NCBI RefSeq assembly: GCF_009914755.1
Contig: NC_060925.1
Direction: 5' to 3' (one strand)
Length of the DNA stretch: 64,000 nucleotides
Source of the DNA: the human T2T-CHM13v2.0 reference genome, Homo sapiens
The notes beneath the pieces are model-generated. The model was not told where the DNA came from and made no database searches. It saw only the letters and a program-made list of their open reading frames with translations. This document shows, in pieces, positions 40,340-55,231 of the stretch. A program made the position numbers and the translations under genes. Positions within the stretch are counted from its first letter, which is position 1. Every line of letters starts with the position of its first letter.

Positions 40340-41185
40340 TCAGGTGTTTCCCTGGTGTCCTGGGAAAGAAGGATGCATGGACTCAGGTAATTGACAGAAA
40401 TGTATCAAGCACCAACTAAGTGCCAGACTGTGTGCCAGGGACTGGGGATGCCAAGATGAACAAGACAAAGTCCTTGCTGTCATAGAGCCTATATCCCAGA
40501 GAAGTGGTCAGGGAAATCCTCTCTGAGGAGATGATCTGTAAGCAAAAACTAGAATGCTAGTAATCACATTTCTGTAGTTGCTAAAAGTTTCTAAAGTCTC
40601 ATAGCCTCAGAAGCTGTGTGTCTCAGGGACAGGGCAGAAGGATGGAAGGCAGGCCTCCTGGGTTTTCTCCTTGCCTCCTCTTCCTGCTGCACTTAGGACC
40701 CTCTCAATTGCATAAGCTCTCTAAGAGTCTGACTCTTTGTGGTAAAACCAGGTTATAATACCTTCCTTCACAGGACTTAGGCAGTGTGCAGAGTGAGTAA
40801 GAATCTGAATGTTGGAGTTTTAGAGACCTAGGTTAAAATTCAAATGGCCACTTCTTATCTATGTAATTTGGGGAGCAGTTCTTAAATCTGTCTAGGGCTC
40901 CATGACTTTATTTGTAAAATGGGTATAAACACCTTCTATCTCACTGGGTTGATTTGAAGATTAATTGATAGTACATATTTAATATGTGGAGTATTGTACC
41001 TGACACAGGATCAACATTCAGTAAATGTTAGTTAGTAGTACGGTTTGGATTAGATAGAGGCTAGAAAGTTACTTATTACGTTGCTTAATATACAAAAGCC
41101 ATGTAATAAATGGTAGCTAGAGGTATTATGCATGATTTCTGTATTATTATTCTTATTCCAATTTTAGAGAATAAAAAAAAAATAG

Positions 41186-41499
41186 GGCCAGATGTGGTGG
41201 CTTATGCTTGTAATCCTAGCACTTTGGGAGGTCCAGGTGGGAGGATTGCTTGAGGCTTGGAGTTTGAGACCAGCTTTAGCAACATAACAAGACCTCTTCT
41301 CTACCAAAAATTTTAAAAAATTAGTCAGGAATGGTGGCACATGCTCAGAGTTCCATAGTCTCGGCACTCAGGAGGCTGAGGCGGGAGGATCACTTGAGCC
41401 CAAGAGTTTGAAGCAGCACTGAGCTATGATCACCCTACTGCACTTCAGCCTGGGTAATAGAGTGAGACACTTGTCTCTAAAAAAAAAAAAAGAAAGAAA
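41186..41499 (+). mobile_element. AluJ
   Basis: Dimer consensus with A tail. Confidence 0.88.
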
Positions 41500-42765
41500 G
41501 TTATTGTCCACTCAGGGGCACCTCATGCATCAGTACAGGTTACACACTGCAAAACCCCACATCCTGTACTCACACGTATGATAATTGTTCACTGTATTAT
41601 TCTTTTTAGGTAAGACATATACATTTCAACAGGAGCACAAGCAACACTTGTTATAATAATAATAGTAACATAGTAACAGCAACAAGCTCCACTTATTAAA
41701 TGCCTACAACACGCCACGTACACTAGTAGGTGTTTTATGTCTTCACGAAATCCCGGCAGGGTAGGTATTATTATCTCTATTTTAGGGATGAAGAAATTGG
41801 TGCTCAAGGAAAAGCAACTTGCTCAGGGTCATACAGGTTGTATGAAGTAGGAGCAGGGTCAAACTGAGGTTGTCTGTCCCCCCAAAGCCAGGGTTCCTTC
41901 CTTTGTGCCACACACTGCCTCACCCAGATGGCCAAGACCAATTTCTGATCTTTGCAGTTAATAGACCTCCTTGCCTTCTATTTGATTGTATTAGAATACT
42001 GCAGGCCTGCAGGAAACTCCCATGTGCTTCCAGGGGTCCCCACCCTTCTCAGGGGACACAATGGCCACCTCTATGTGCAGTTGAGCCTGAGAGACAAGTT
42101 CTCAGGCTGGGCAGAGCAGAGAACAGAGAAGCTAGCTTTGCCTGGCCTCTCAAAACTAGCCTTTCCATGGCTGTCAGTAGGAATGTACCGAGGCAGTGTA
42201 CCAGGAAAAAAAGAGGAATGGATGCAGAGTATCCTAGCAACTTCCAAAGGGACAATGGGTGGGCGTTACGGCATTGATGACATTATGAGTCATCTCACTG
42301 ACTCTTGTGAGCCCAGAGAGATCCAATGCAGGGTGCCTCACTCCATGCTCAAGTCACAGATGTACCCGCCTTCATCTGACTGATACAGGCTAGAGCCAAT
42401 ATTCAAGGCCTGGTCATTTTCCTCGCAAGGTGCCCATTTCCTCTCATGCCGTGCTTCCCTAACAGGAGGCTCCAGAGAGGCACCAACAGGACACCTGGGC
42501 TTCTTGCTGATTAATCTCGCAGTGTTAAACACTTCTGCGGAATAAAACAATGATGTCAACAAACAAAATGGAGAATATCTTGTAAGACCACTTTGTCCAA
42601 CTGCACTGAAACAAGAGGGGTGAAGAGGCCCTGGAGCTGAAATTTCAAACGTGAAGCTTGCTTAGCTTGCCTCGCCCATGGCATAATAATGTAGTGGCTT
42701 AAATCTACCAACAGATGAAGAATCCGGCAACTCTGTCTTGTTTTCTGGTTTACTTTGATATGGCC

Positions 42766-43486
42766 CAGTGGTTCTCAGTGGGAGTGCTACTGCCCCCTAG
42801 GGGTGGCTAGAAAATTTGTGGGGTGTGTTTCGGTTGTCACAAGAGGAGGGGGTGGCACTACTGGCATTTAGGAGGCCCAAGCATTGACAGTAGACATCCT
42901 ATTATGTCTGAGACCAATGCGTACGACAAAGCATTATTCCACATCCTGTTTATGATCATTTGCACCTAGAATCGACTTTGAATTACATGGAAATTCAGTT
43001 ATCTTTGCATTTGATTTTAATGCATTTAATTTTCCAGGAATTCAACAACTGTGCACAGGAGAGAAGACTGTATTTTTGGTTTGGAACACTGTCAAAAGGT
43101 GTTCACTATTTTGGAAAATGGCAGTGCCTGACATCCCTGACAGAAGCGCTTCTCATGGTGGTGTAGCCACATGACACTTCTGTATTAGCCTGGACTTACA
43201 GCTGTGGCTTTCAGTAGTGATTCTACTTACAGGTATATACATCTGACTCTTATGTCTTCTAGTGTGCTCACGCCTGAGTATTTCCTTATTTAAATACATA
43301 TATTTTTATTACAAGTTCTCTTTCTTTTCTTTCTGCCTTATACTACAGTTAGAGAATTATATTCATTTTGAAAAATTATGTAGCTAGACTACATTATCTA
43401 TGAAATTCATTTCAAGGTGTGAAAGGAGGTATTGCAAATATTTGTAATAAGAAGGGGGTGCTGGGTCTGCAGGTGGAGAACTACCC
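42766..43486. mobile_element. MER20B-like hAT/Charlie element
   Basis: CAGTGGTTCTCA start, MER20-like 5' part, GAGAACTAC-like end. Confidence 0.6.
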
Positions 43487-46242
43487 ACAGATTCAATCAC
43501 CCAAGACCTGATGCCCATTTTGGTGAATGAGTGGATGTTTTCACTCTCTTGACATCAGCCTGTTTTTGGCTTTGCTTTTATTCCACCCTCCTTGCTGCCA
43601 TGAAGGACTGTTTTTAAATGCATATATGGTACTTCATTGTCTTAAGTATAAGGCTCAGATGTCTTAGCTTGGCTATGCGTCCTTGGGGGTCAGCTCCTTC
43701 CACCTCTTCATCACTATCTTCAATCCATATCCTCACTGCACCTTGCCCTCCAGCATTTGCAAACAAAACCCAACCTGCTGTCTCTTGTCTCTGCTGGCCC
43801 ATCTGCCTGGAAAGCCATCCCCCTGCTTCTGTGCTGTCTAACCCTGATTTGCTCTTGGAGACTCAGTTCGCTATCACCTCTGTTGGATGGCTTCTTGCTC
43901 CTGTCAGCACCACTGGTCCTTCTCTGGGCTTCCACAGTACCCTGTGCTCACCTCTATCATGACACTTGTCACACTGCCTTGCAATTGCCTGGTTGTTCTA
44001 TCTTCCCTGATGAGACTAGAAACCACCTGCTGGCAGGAACTCTTTATTCTCTCTCTCTTTCCACCCTGCCTAGCATGGTTTGGGACGGGAGAAAGGCCCT
44101 ACATAAAGGTAAATGAGTCCTAGTCAATACATTCACTGCATTTTTCCCGGTGTCTAATTAAACCCACAATGCATAAGTGCTGTGATCTCTGATGATTCTA
44201 CTGTTGGTGGCAGGTTTTTTTTCCCCTCCCATCTTTTATTTTTTTTCCACAAGGAGCTAACAGATGGGCTGTGCACACTTTTCTGGAGAGAGCTATTAGC
44301 ATGTCTCTCTGGCTTCATGCCATCTGCTCCAGACCAAAGTACAATATTCAAAAGAAAAAAGGCAGCACAGGGTAATTGGGTATCATGTTTAGGAGCCTGC
44401 AGGTCCCACTCACTTTTCCTAGGGGGTCCCTGCAGGCTGGCTCTCCTCGGCCTGTGAGTTAAGGCTGTCTGGCCACATGGTCTTGTGCATGAGCGAAGGG
44501 ACACGTCAGCAGCAGGACAGTGGTGGCACTGGACAGAGGGAGCCACTTGGTGGCTGCCACTGCAGCCACTTAACAGCTTGTTAACTGTTTACAATTAATG
44601 TCCAATAGTGGAGGGAGGAGGTACTAAGGAGCATCTGTTTATGCCGTGAAGTTCAGAGCAATCATAAATCTCCTTGCTGTGGAGTGAAAGGGAACACCTG
44701 CCTTGCTGCCTTACAGTTAGGTTTTTAAAAAGTGTTGAAAATTGTGATTTACAGCCAGATGCTGACACCTGGGGATGCCCCCATTATTTGAAAAAAGAAA
44801 AAAAGGCAGACTGAAATATAAGAAAAGCACTAAAAACGAAGGAACTCCTCCAACATTTATACAGAACTTGTATGACATCTCTTATCTACATTATCTCATT
44901 TGATGGATTCATTCATTCAAAAATACCTCCACTAGGTGCCAATCACTGCTTTAGTGTGTGGAGACAAAACAAAGAACAAAACAGTCACCAAAAAAAAAAA
45001 TTCTTACCCTGTGCAGCTTACATTTTTGTGAAGGTGATCCTTTCCACAAGCCTCTGGGGTGAGTGTGATTGCTATCTCTTTAATTTGTATAGGAGAAATT
45101 GCAACTCCATGAGGGAAAGATTTGATGCAGCTACACACTGTATGAATAGCAGATCCAAGGCTCCTGAAGAACCATGTAGCAAACATCTGTTGAGTGCTTA
45201 CTGATGGAAGCACTGCCAGGAACTGTTGTACCTATTTTACAATGTGCATTTACTCATGCAATCCTTAGAAAAACTCTATGAGGTAGAATTATGATCATCC
45301 CCATTAAAACGGGGTAAGTTCCCTGAGGCTCAGAAGATATTTATCTGAGTATGGTGCAGCTGGCTAGTGGCAGAGCTTGTGTTCATACATAGTACATTCT
45401 CCAGGCCACCCATTCTCCTGCTGTCTGCTATAAGCAGTCAAGAGGCTGAAGACCTAAACTTTATTACAGGCACTAATTTCCAGGTAAAGGAAAAAATATA
45501 GGTAGAACAGGACATATATTCATCTACTGTAGAAATCAGAGTAATCATAATAATACAGCATATTCTACACTAAATATTGATGATGTGCCAGCATTTTTCA
45601 GTGTGTAGTGATACCACTTCTACAGCTGCAGTTAATGTAGTGATTCATTTAATTCTCTTGATATTGTTGCAAAGTAAGTATTATTTTACACTCAGTTATA
45701 AAGATGAAGAAACTCTGACTCTGACAGGTCAAGTAATTTGCCCAGGAGTCTAAAGCTTAGAAATAAATGGCTGAATCAGGATCCAAACCTGGCCCATTAG
45801 ATTCAAAAGCCCCCAGGAGCCAGTCCATCCGTTGTATCACATACTCCAGTTCACTTCCCTGTCTCCTTATCACTGGCTGGACAATTAGTCACAAGGAGAT
45901 CGGGATTCAATAGCTACAGAAATTTTTATGGCCAGTTAAGGGAGAAATAGGGCACACAGTTTAACACCAACTGAAGCCAGTTCTGTCATATTAACTAGAG
46001 TCAGAAAGCAAAAACATGCTAATTGAAATTAATTTTAGACTCGTGTTCTAAAAGTTGAAATCTTGGAGGTAATCTATCAAAATTTTAGCAGCTAAAGAAA
46101 GGAAATCTGGATATGTGGAAGTGGCTTGTCCATAGCTTCCAATGTGGCTGGTTAAGCAGCAAGACTAAAACCCAGGTCTTCCAAGTCCCTAATCTGGTAC
46201 AGGTTTGAAAGAGGGCCCAGAGCAGTGCTGTGACTGACCCAG

Positions 46243-46581
46243 TGATATGGTTTGGCTGTGTCCCCACCCAAATCTCACCTTGAATTGTAATAATCCCCAT
46301 GTGGAGATAAATGAATCATGGGGGTGGTTTTCCCCACACCGTTCTCATGGTAGTGAATAAGTCTCATGAGATCTGATGGTTTTATAAAGGGGAGTTCCCC
46401 TGAACACAAGCCCTCTTGTCTGCCACCATGTAAGACATTCCTTTGCTCCTCCTTTTTCTTCCACCATGATTGTGAGGCCTACCCAGCCATGTGGAACAGT
46501 GAGTCCATTAAAACTCCTTCCTTTGTAAATTACCCGGTGTCAGGTATGTCTTTATCAGCAGCGTGAGAATGGACTAATACA
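46243..46581 (+). mobile_element. THE1 (THE1C-like) solo LTR
   Basis: TGATATGGTTTGGCTGTGTCCCC...GACTAATACA; TSD CCCAG; short internal deletion. Confidence 0.92.
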
Positions 46582-48211
46582 CCCAGGCAGGTCCTCAGCG
46601 TGTTTTTAATCAAATGTTAGGGCTGGAAGAGATATAAAATTGCATCTAGTCCCATCTTCTCAATTATAGAGAAGGGAATGGAGACTTGGGGGACCAAGTC
46701 ATTCCTCTGCCTGGAGTACCTGGAACTCTGATGCCTACTTGAGACTTTCCTGTCCCTGCTAGTCCTGTCACACGTCACCTAGGCAAGAGCCCCTCGTGAC
46801 TACAGGGGCTCCACTTACACCTGCCCTCTGCCTGCACTCAAAAGCCCCCATGCTCTGGTCTGCATTTTCTTTTGTCCCTATCACTTCTCATTTTTAAATA
46901 TATTATGCAAATTACTTATTTTTATGTTATTTCCTGTCTTCCCAGTAAAAGGTAGGCTCTCTGTCTGTTGTGTGGACTAGCACATCCCAAGCACCTACAC
47001 AGGACCTGGAACATAGAGGGCACCTGGTGAGCATTTTTGAAATGAACATGCCTGCAAATTTGTAAGTTTGGGGCCATCATCTGTCCCAGCATACCCTTTA
47101 CAGATAAAACAATGAGGACAAAGCATGGGCACTCCGAACACAAGACTCAAGCATAGAAGGGTGGTGCATTTCTGATGGAAAACTCTTACTCTTATTTAAA
47201 ATGGCATGTGCCATTATAGTAGTCCCATGGATATTTTAATATCTATTTTAGGTAAGGAAAACTAGTCATCATCACTATCCCTTTTTAAAGATTAGATTGG
47301 GAAACTTCACAATTGAATACATTTCTAGGCAATTTGCAGTCTAAACTGTAAGTTAGATCCAAGGGTTACCAACCTCTATTGCTTCTAAAAGTTCATAATG
47401 ATCCCTTAGCTCATGAGTAATAACCGTAACTATTTTAGAACAGGGTATGCATTTTTAATTTACTTTGAATAAAAGCACAGTTTATATTTGGTGGCAAGAA
47501 TTTGCTTCTAACCGTATGTAATTAAAAGTAATTATAGAAAAAAATGCAAGAAGATTGGTATTCTAAAATATTCAAACAACTCTATTTGCCATTTATAAGA
47601 ATAAAGGCAAGAAAGATAAAGCCACAGATTTCAAATACATAGTTAAAGAAAACCACAAAACCCTTTAAGGCTCCCATGTATGTCAAAAACAGAACTAAAC
47701 TACCTTTGGCTATTTGCAAGTACAGTGGCCTGGCCACATGGAACGCCTCATGCCATGGAAACAAGGTAAGATTGCTGGGCTCCATCCATTTGTAACTCAC
47801 CTGCAATACTGCCACTATATATTTTTTTAACTTGTTGTAAAAGTAGTAAATACATTTAAAGACTATTTGAAAAACAGAACACATACTTTCTAACTCACCA
47901 GGAGTCTCATTATTCTCACAACTCAGTTAGCAGTTTGCTCTTGTCCCATAGGGTGCTCCCCACTTTGTCTGGGGACCTTCCCTTTCCTTGAGTCAGCACC
48001 AAGTAAGGCAGACCCCTTCTATCCATCAGGTCTCAAGAAGTCTATAGAAAGCTGACTCCGTGTCCTCCCCTGCTTATTGCTTTCTCTCCTGGCAGAGGTG
48101 GAAGAGTGGAAATGGACTTGGGCTAATTGCACAGCTGTGCATATGCCATGCTCCCAAAAGCTGCACACCTGAGTAACATAGAATCTTGAGCTGTCTGGGT
48201 GAAAGACATCA

Positions 48212-48739
<528 letters not shown>

Positions 48740-50861
48740 TTATTTTACATTACTTAAATTTTTAGCACCGTGCATAGGCATGTAGTAGGTGCTTGGCAAA
48801 TAATGGCCAGTATCCTAATGATTTAGTTTGAGCCCCTACTCCCTGGGGGGTGTTTTCAGGTATCAAATTTTCCATAATATTTGGCACTCACCCTTTAGAG
48901 GTGGCCAACTCAAACTGAAATACACCCACTCAAGACCTACTGTGTGCCCAGCTCAGGGGTTGCAATTTAATACACGGTCAATGAGCAGTTGTTGACTAAA
49001 TCAACACACAAAATTTAGCAAGTGGTGCACAGACCCTTGTATCCTGGTGCCCCCCCGCCACACCCCCCGTCAGCGCCCCAGATTTTGCCTGAGTCTTCAT
49101 TTGCAAAAAGAAGTAAATATTTTCAAGAAGACAACAAGAAACAATGCTTGCACCACTGAAAATTCTACAGGGCCTAGTCGGTGCTGGAATTCCAAAAAGG
49201 TCTGCTGCATGGACTGGTGGGCAAGATGGGGGATACAGAAATGAAAACATCAGTACTCATAATTTTGTATATGTCCACACCTATTTATAGCAGGCTTTTG
49301 CCTACAGAGTGTAAATCTGTTCGATGCTGTAATATCCTTTTTTTTCCCCTTGGAATAGGCTGGGGCAAGCAATTAATCCTGAAATCATGGCAATTAGACA
49401 AGGCCATTTTTAGACTAGCAGCTTGCAGGACGAATGGCATTGTTCTGAGGATTATTAAATACCCATTTGGACTGCGCTTGGGTTCAGGGCCAGAAACACA
49501 GCCATGAGCTGCTGTGTTAAGCACTTTTAAACACAGTCAGCGCTGTTCTTTCTTTCCCCTTTGTGACCTTGGGTGAGTCACATGTCCTCTCTGGGACTCA
49601 GTTTGCTCATCTGTAAAATGAAGGGGATAAGGTTAGAAGATCTCTTCAACCCTTTCTAGCTGCATAGCCCTGCCGTTCTGCAACTCCAAGTTCCCAGGAA
49701 GAAGCTTTTAGCCCAGGATAAAGGGTAGAATGACAATCGCTAGAGCCATCCAGCTTCTTTGGGGACAGAGGCTGCAGTCCCCTCCCTCAAGGCTGCCTTG
49801 GACATCAGGTGTTGGCAGCAGGGCAGCTGTGCCTAGATTCCCTGGTGGCAGCAGTGGGCAGCAGTGTCTTGTGCCATCTGTCCTCAGTGGTGAGGTTACA
49901 GCCTTTTCTCTGTGAGGCGCATCTTGCCAATGAACCATAGCACCATCCCTCAGTTTGCACAACTGCGCAGTGCCCAGAGGAGCTGTCCCCTCCCGGCAGC
50001 TTCAGCTGGTGCAGCTGCGGCTGACTGCTCTCTGCCCTCCTCCGGGAATGGGCAGGGGAGGGGCTGGAGGGGCCATCTCGGCTCTTTTCTTTGCAGTGGT
50101 GGCAGAATTGCTTTTGAATGCATCCAGCACTGGGATTCTGTTTTGCTTTGGTGTTAATTCTGTTTTCTTCTTTTCGTTTTCAAATTAGGTTCTCCCTGCA
50201 ATCTCTGTCCTTTTGTAAGCACTGACTGAGGTACACTGGCTGAAGCTGTGGCTGGGAATCCAGAGCTTCTTGAGAAGCTCAGTGAGGCCCAGGTCATGGT
50301 CTGCAAAGCTGAAGGGCAGGCTGGAAGGGAGGGAAGAAACAAAAAGGAGGGAGAGAGGAAAGAAAGAGGGAAAGGAGAGAAGGATGGGCAGAGCAGGGTG
50401 TGGGGAGAAGATCCTTCCTTTACTGGGCTGACCACCTATGCTGTACTGGGCTTGGGGCAGGTGCTGACAAATGCCTCATCATATGTGCTATCCCGAGTTT
50501 CCTGCCTACAATCCCAACCAGACGATGTGCCCCTTGTAGTCAGGAAGCACATCTCCTTCGGGCCTTTCTTCTCAGACCACAGCAGAACAGCAAGCACCCA
50601 GGCAAGTCCTGTCATTGCTAAATGCATGGTCTCGTTTATTTCTCAAAACAGAGGCATATATCATACTTCCCCTTTATAAATAGCCAAGCAAATTAAGGAT
50701 CAGAATGACTAGTTAGTTTGTCCAAGTCACACAGCTTGAAAGAGTCAACACTGAAATCCACCAGCAGCCCTCTTTCACTCAAAGCCCATATTCTGGCCAC
50801 TGAGGGGATGTGTAAAGAAAGGAATTCAGAGAGCAGGGTTCAGAGAGCAATGCATACTTAC

Positions 50862-50924
50862 GGGGGGAGAGGTTATATCAGGGGGTGTGGACATGTCCCC
50901 AAAAAGTTCTAATTGGGTCACAGC
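50862..50924 (-). CDS. DAB1: DAB1 exon 10 (63 nt, AVTQLELFGDMSTPPDITSPP)
   Basis: Peptide inside ORF 50826..51062; pyrimidine tract plus CAG acceptor, GTAAGT donor. Confidence 0.97.
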
Positions 50925-51928
50925 CTGTAAAGACAAAAAGGTAATCATGTGACTACAAAGAAAGCTGGTGCTGCTGGGCCCTGCTTTACACACAGTATGG
51001 TATGGGGATACACATTTCTGTTTTTCATCATCTCTAGATAAACCGTAATCCTGATGGGTCATTACTATACCTCAGGATCCCAAAGGCAACATCTTGAATG
51101 CAGCCAGAATCAATTCTTGCTTCCTTGCATCTGGCTATTTATCTAGGCTTGGTCAAGACTGCCCATTAATCACTTCCCATAAGCAGTAATAACATTACTT
51201 CACACTTATTTACCATCAAATGCCAGCAATGTCTCTCTTTTCTAGGAGATAAAGGCAGGGAGGCAATCCCATCATTGGTTTTTCTCTCATGAGTGTATCC
51301 ACACATACAACTTGCCTTCCATGTGCAAGTATGGACATGACTTCATGGTCACGTCAGTAAGGGCTCCCAATAGCATTCACCCTGAGAGGTAGGAATCATC
51401 ATCCTCATTTTTACAAATAAATAAACTAAGTCTCAGGGATGTGGCATCAAGGTCATCCAGGCCACGATTTAAATTTTCTGAATACAGAGAATGCAGTCAA
51501 ACAGCACTCTCTGAAAGAGTCCATCTTTAGGATAAAAAAATGTGGTTGGAGGAAAAGAAAACATTTCATTTAATACCAGGAAAGGCATCAAAAACAACCC
51601 AGTGTATACACCATTAATCACTCCTAGGAACTCCATCACTGCAGACACTGCATCATCTCTCTCCCCATCCATCATATGGGAGTGTCTGAGCAAGGCCAGC
51701 CACAGCAGCTAAAGAAACCCTTTAAGATACACTTAGAAATTAATCTGCATAAACTGCCAGATTCACAGACTCTAGGGAGTCTATGGCGTGACTTAATTAT
51801 GACAAGTATGTAATCACATGCTTTGTACAAACCTGTCCACTAAGGAAAAACCACTTTTCCCTTATCTTCAGATCTTAAGTGATAGCTTCAAACTGGGGGA
51901 ACTTAGACATACCACTTAGTAGAAGGGA

Positions 51929-52441
51929 TGTGAAGAGTCCGACTGCCCTGCCACACAGGACTCCTGCACTCAAACCGCTCTAACCAGGTCATGGCTGGAT
52001 CTCTAGGTTCATCCAAAGAAGGGAATGTTCTTTCCTACTGGCAAGTGAGCAAGCTTTGGGCTCTGGAAAAGGTCCCACACTCCATGCCTGGGGGTGTGGA
52101 GTACTGGTAAGATAAACCACAAGAGAAAGGAGCCCCAGGTCAGGGAGGGTCCCAGATGGGGAAGAACAAGGAATAATTGTTCTGAGGGATGGTTAATCAC
52201 AAACAACCCAAGGGCACAACCACCTCGTTTGCAGGTAGCCCCTCCAGCACAACCCTATAAAACTTCCATCCAGCCCCTGCCTCTTTGCAGACAGCCCCTT
52301 CTCTGCTGTGCTGCCCACTGCAATCTTGCAATGTATTTTCATACTTTCTCTAATAAGTCTACCTTTCTTTACCCACAAATGTCTTCATAAATTCCTTTAC
52401 TGCCTGGACCGCTGGGCCCAGATAGTAGCTACCCCCCAACA
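51929..52441 (+). mobile_element. Solo LTR, ERV-type, family not assigned
   Basis: TG...CA ends, CCCTATAAAA TATA box (~52253-52262), degenerate polyA signal CTAATAAG, LTR-like layout. Confidence 0.65.
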
Positions 52442-52964
52442 GGGGGTATATTTGGATTCTACCACTTTCAATATCTGCAACTCCTCAGAATTACAGTTCC
52501 TTCATCTGGGCAATGGAGATGATAAGATCTCCTTTGCAGATGTATTGACAATATTAATAGGAGAACTTTCTTTGATGTTTGGTTAAGACTGGTTGAAAGA
52601 GCACAAAAGTCTCTTTTTGCTGAAAGGAGACAAGCTTGGCTTTGTTAACTTACTTGCAGCTCTTCCTTCCCTTTCAGCTTTCAGATTGAATAACAGTGCC
52701 TGGCACACAGTAGGGCCCTATAAGGACTGATTTTCTTTCCAGCTGCACAATAATTTTTTATAAATGTTCAACAACTGCTAGATGCTGGGCACTGTGCTAT
52801 GTGCTGGGAACATAAAAATGAGAAATGCCAACTCTCAGCCTGCAGAGAGTTTACAGACTGGTGGGGAGGTTATCCAATCTGTAGATGCAAATAATCTCAG
52901 GTAATGCAGCAGAAATAGCAACAGGGGTCTCTACAAGATGCTGTGGGAGTACCTAGAAGGAAAT

Positions 52965-55231
52965 TGATCTGGTTTGGCTGTGTCCCCACCCAAATCTCAA
53001 CTTGCATTGTATCTCCCAGAATTCCCACATGTTGTGGGAAGGACACACGGGGAGGTAATTGAATCATGGGGGCTGGTCTTTCCCATTCTGTTCTCATGAT
53101 AGTGAATAAGTCTCACAAGATCTGATGGGTTTATCAGGGGTTTCCAATTTTGCTTCTTCCTCACTTTCCCTTGCTGCTGCCATGTAAGATGTGCCTTTTG
53201 CCTTCCGCCATGATATTGAGGCCTCCCCAGCCATGTGGAATTGTGAGTCCAATTAAACCTCTTTTTCTTCCCAGTCTTGGGTATGTCTTTATCAGCAGCA
53301 TGAAAATGGACTAATACAGTAAAATTGTTACCAGTAGAGTGAGGTGTTGCTGAAAAGATACCCAAAAATGTGGAAGCAACTTTGGAACTGGGTAACAGGC
53401 AGAGGTTGAAACAGTATGAAGGGCTCAGAAGAAGACAGGAAAATGTGAGAAAGTTTGGAACTTCCTAGAGACTTGTTGAATGCCTTTGCCCAAAATGCTG
53501 ATAGTGATAAGGACAATAAAATTCAGGCTGAGGTGGTCTCAGATAGAGATGAGGAACTGGTTGGGAACTGGAGCAAAGATGACTCTTGCTATGTTTTAGC
53601 AAAGAGACCAGTGACATTTTGCCCCTGTCCTAGAGACTTGTGGAACTTTGAATTTGAGAGAGATAATTTAGGGTATCTGGCAGAAGAAATTTCCAAGCAG
53701 CAAAGCATTCAATAGGTAACTTGGGTGCTGTTAAAAGCATTCAGTTTTCTAAGGGAAGCAGAGCATAAAAGTTTGAAAAATTTGCAGCCTGACTACGTGA
53801 TAGAAAAAAAAAATTTCTGGGGAGAAATTCAAGCCAGCTGCAGAAATTTGCATAAGTAGCAAGGAGTCTAATGTTTATTCCCACAATCATGGGGAAAATG
53901 TCTCCAGGCCATGTCAGAGACCTTCATGGCAGCCCTTCCCATCACAGGCCTGGAGGCCCAGGAGGAAAAAGTGGTTTTGTGGGCTGGGCCCAGGGTTCCT
54001 GTGCTGTATACAGTCTAGGGACTTGGTGCCCTGTGTCCCAGCCACTCTAGCTGTGGCTGAAAGGGACCAATGTACAGCTCAGGCTGTGGCTTCTGAGGGT
54101 AGAAGCCCCAAGTCTTGGCAACTTCCATGTGGTATTGAGTCTACGGGTGCACAGAAGTCAAGAATTGAAGTTTGGGAACTTCCACCTAGATTTAAGATGA
54201 TGTATGGAAATGCCTGGATGCCCAGGCAGAAGTTTGCTGCAAGGACAGGGCCCTCAGGAAAACTCCTGCTAGGGCAGTGTGGAAGGGAAATGTGTGGTCA
54301 GAGCCTCCATACAGAGTCCTACTGGAGCTCTGCTTAGTGGAGCTGTGAGAATAGGGCCACTGTCCTCTAGACCCAGGAATGGTAGATCCACTGATAGCTT
54401 GTACCATGAGCCTGGAAAAGCCTCAGACACTCCATGCCTGCCCATGAAAGCAGCTGGGAGGGAGGCTGTACCCTGCAAAGCCACAGGGGAAGGGCTGCCC
54501 AAGACCATGGGAACCTACCTCTTGCATCAGCGTGACCTGGATGTGAGACCTGGTGTCAAACAAGATCATTTTGGAGCTTTAAAATTTGACTGCTCTGCTG
54601 GATTTCAGACTTGCATGGGCCCTGTAACCCTTTTGTTTTGGCCAATTTCTCCCATTTGGAATGGCTGTAATTACTCAATACCTGTACCTCCATTGTATCT
54701 TGGAAGTAACTAGCTTGCTTTTGATTTTACAGATCATAGGCAGAAGGGACTTGTCTTGTCTCAGATGAGACTTTGGACTGTGGACTTTTGGGTTAATGCT
54801 GAAATGAGTTAAGACTTTGGGGGACTGTTGGGAAGGCATGATTGGTTTTGAAATGTGAGGACATGAGATTTGGAGGGGCCAGGGGCAGAATGATATGGTT
54901 TGGCTGTGTCCCCACCCAAATCTCAACTTGAATTTTATCTCCCAGAATTCCCATTTGTTGTGGGAGGGACCCAGGGGGAGTTAATTCAATCATGGGGGCT
55001 GGTCTTTCCCATGTATTCTCATGATAGTGAATAAGTCTTATGAGATCTGATGGGTTTATCAGTGGTTTCTGCTTTTGCATCTTCCTCATTTTCTCTTGCT
55101 GCTGCCATGCGAGAAGTGCCCTTTGCCTTCTGCCTCTCCCCAGACAAGTGGAACTGTGAATACAATTAAACCTCTTTTTCTGTCCAGTCTTGGGTATGCT
55201 TTTATCAGCAGTATGAAAACAGACTAATACA
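52965..55231 (+). mobile_element. Full-length THE1A-like element (LTR 52965-53318, internal 53319-54890, LTR 54891-55231)
   Basis: Two direct LTRs, ~1.57-kb MaLR internal region, purine-rich tract before the 3' LTR. Confidence 0.93.
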
